From positions 1 to 64,000 of the forward strand of contig NIVC01001761.1 in NCBI GenBank assembly GCA_002269645.1: 64,000 bases of DNA. The letters are read 5' to 3'. Of the stretch, positions 62,601-64,000 are shown one piece after another. How positions within the stretch are numbered: the stretch's first letter is position 1; each line of letters opens with the position of its first letter. The notes beneath the pieces were generated by a model. The model made no database searches. It had not been told where the DNA came from and saw nothing but the letters and a program-made list of their open reading frames with translations. The DNA is from Macrostomum lignano. Taxonomy: Eukaryota. The translations under genes and the position numbers were made by a program.

Positions 62601-63650
62601 TGGATGTGGATGTGGATATGGATATGGTTATGGATGTGGATATGGATGTGGATATGGATATGGATATGGTTATGGATGTGGATGTGGATGTGGATGTGGA
62701 TGTGGATGTGGATGTGGATGTGGATGTGGATATGGATGTGGATGTGGATATGGATATGGTTATGGATGTGGATATGGATGTGGATATGGATATGGATATG
62801 GTTATGGATGTGGATATGGATGTGGATGTGGATATGGATGTGGATATGGATGTGGATGTGGATGTGGATATGGTTATGGATGTGGATATGGATGTGGATA
62901 TGGTTATGGATGTGGATGTGGTTATGGATGTGGATGTGGATGTGGATTTGGATATGGATGTGGATTTGGATTTGGATATGGTTATGGATGTGGATATGGA
63001 TGTGGATTTGGATGTGGATATGGATATCGATGTGGATGTGGATTTGGATATGGTTATGGATGTGGATGTGGATATGGATGTGGATATGGATGTGGATATG
63101 GATGTGGATATGGATGTGGATATGGATGTGGATATGGATGTGGATATGGTTATGGATGTGGATGTGGATGTGGATATGGATGTGGATATGGATGTGGATA
63201 TGGATGTGGATATGGATGTGGATATGGATGTGGATATGGTTATGGATGTGGATGTGGATGTGGATATGGATGTGGATATGGATGTGGATGTGGATGTGGA
63301 TATGGATGTGGATATGGATGTGGATGTGGATGTGGATATGGATGTGGATATGGATGTGGATGTGGATGTGGATATGGATGTGGATATGGATGTGGATGTG
63401 GATGTGGATATGGATGTGGATATGGATGTGGATATGGATGTGGATATATGTGGATATGGTTATGGATGTGGATGTGGATGTGGATATGGATGTGGATATG
63501 GATGTGGATGTGGATGTGGATATGGATGTGGATATGGATGTGGATGTGGATGTGGATATGGATGTGGATATGGATGTGGATATGGATGTGGATATGGATG
63601 TGGATATGGATGTGGATATGGATGTGGATGTGGATATGCGTGGATATGGA
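59696..63650. repeat. ~3.95-kb hexanucleotide array of GGATGT/GGATAT with GGTTAT and GGATTT variants
   Basis: Seen directly; source of the MDVD/HIHI/GYGC/WMWI artefact ORFs. Confidence 0.98.
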
Positions 63651-64000
63651 CAAATCAGTAACAGTTGCAACAGTAATCTAAGTGATGCAGTGAGGCTATC
63701 GGTTGTCATGGCTGTGTTTGTTGCCTGCTGAAGACGTATGGAGCTGAGAAAACGAAATCAAAATCAAATCAAACCCATTGCAAAATTTCAGAACTCTCTC
63801 TGCTTGCTCTTGTCTGCTGGGATTAGATTGAGCAGTGCTCCGGCAGCTGGAGTAAAATTGAGTTACAGCAGTGCCTGTCTGAGAATCTGGCAGTGCGGGC
63901 GGCCCAGACTCCGAAGGGCATCAGCGAGTGCCTCATCATGGTCGTCCGCCTCGACTACGTCCTGCAGGTGGTCCAGTTCGACTCGGACACTCGCCAGTGC

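Noticed and set aside
59696-63650. Telomeric or interstitial telomeric repeat
   Set aside because: The unit is GGATGT/GGATAT, not TTAGGG-type, and it is highly variant
59666-63731. 1300-aa HIHI, MDVD, GYGC and WMWI ORFs resembling metal-binding or keratin-associated proteins
   Set aside because: All are frames of the same hexamer microsatellite; no unique coding flanks
63850-64000. GC3-rich frame TPKGISECLIMVVRLDYVLQVVQFDSDTRQC at the window edge
   Set aside because: Too short to assign; could be a host exon or an RTE remnant (LDYVL), so not listed as a feature

Overview
Eukaryotic (metazoan) genomic DNA, not prokaryotic. It has GT-AG introns, GC3-rich exons and a very dense set of unrelated minisatellite arrays. 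This architecture is what I would expect from a flatworm such as Macrostomum lignano (inference, not verified). Recognisable host genes, all on the + strand: ABHD6-like hydrolase (2 apparent frameshifts), TBX1, BtpA/SgcQ-family, divergent CK2 beta, BLOC1S1, PIGH and UBOX5. There is also an intronless 1051-aa ORF with three tandem TIR/SEFIR-like domains plus a charged coiled coil. Mobile DNA: two decayed RTE-like LINE fragments, a near-complete Merlin (IS1595-like) transposon, a nest of hAT-type non-autonomous elements with 8-bp TSDs, and a decayed Ngaro/DIRS tyrosine-recombinase retrotransposon next to a frameshifted antisense LamG/ConA-like CDS. Main observations: (1) each of the 12 resolved introns holds its own private tandem array, and several arrays are multimers of splice signals; (2) a ~5-kb transposon nest (28-33 kb) is strongly CpG-depleted and its TIR mismatches fall at former CpGs, suggesting local methylation-driven decay; (3) the triple-TIR protein. 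Most long ORFs in the supplied track are artefacts of stop-free repeats. Array edges are read by eye and approximate (about +/-20 bp).
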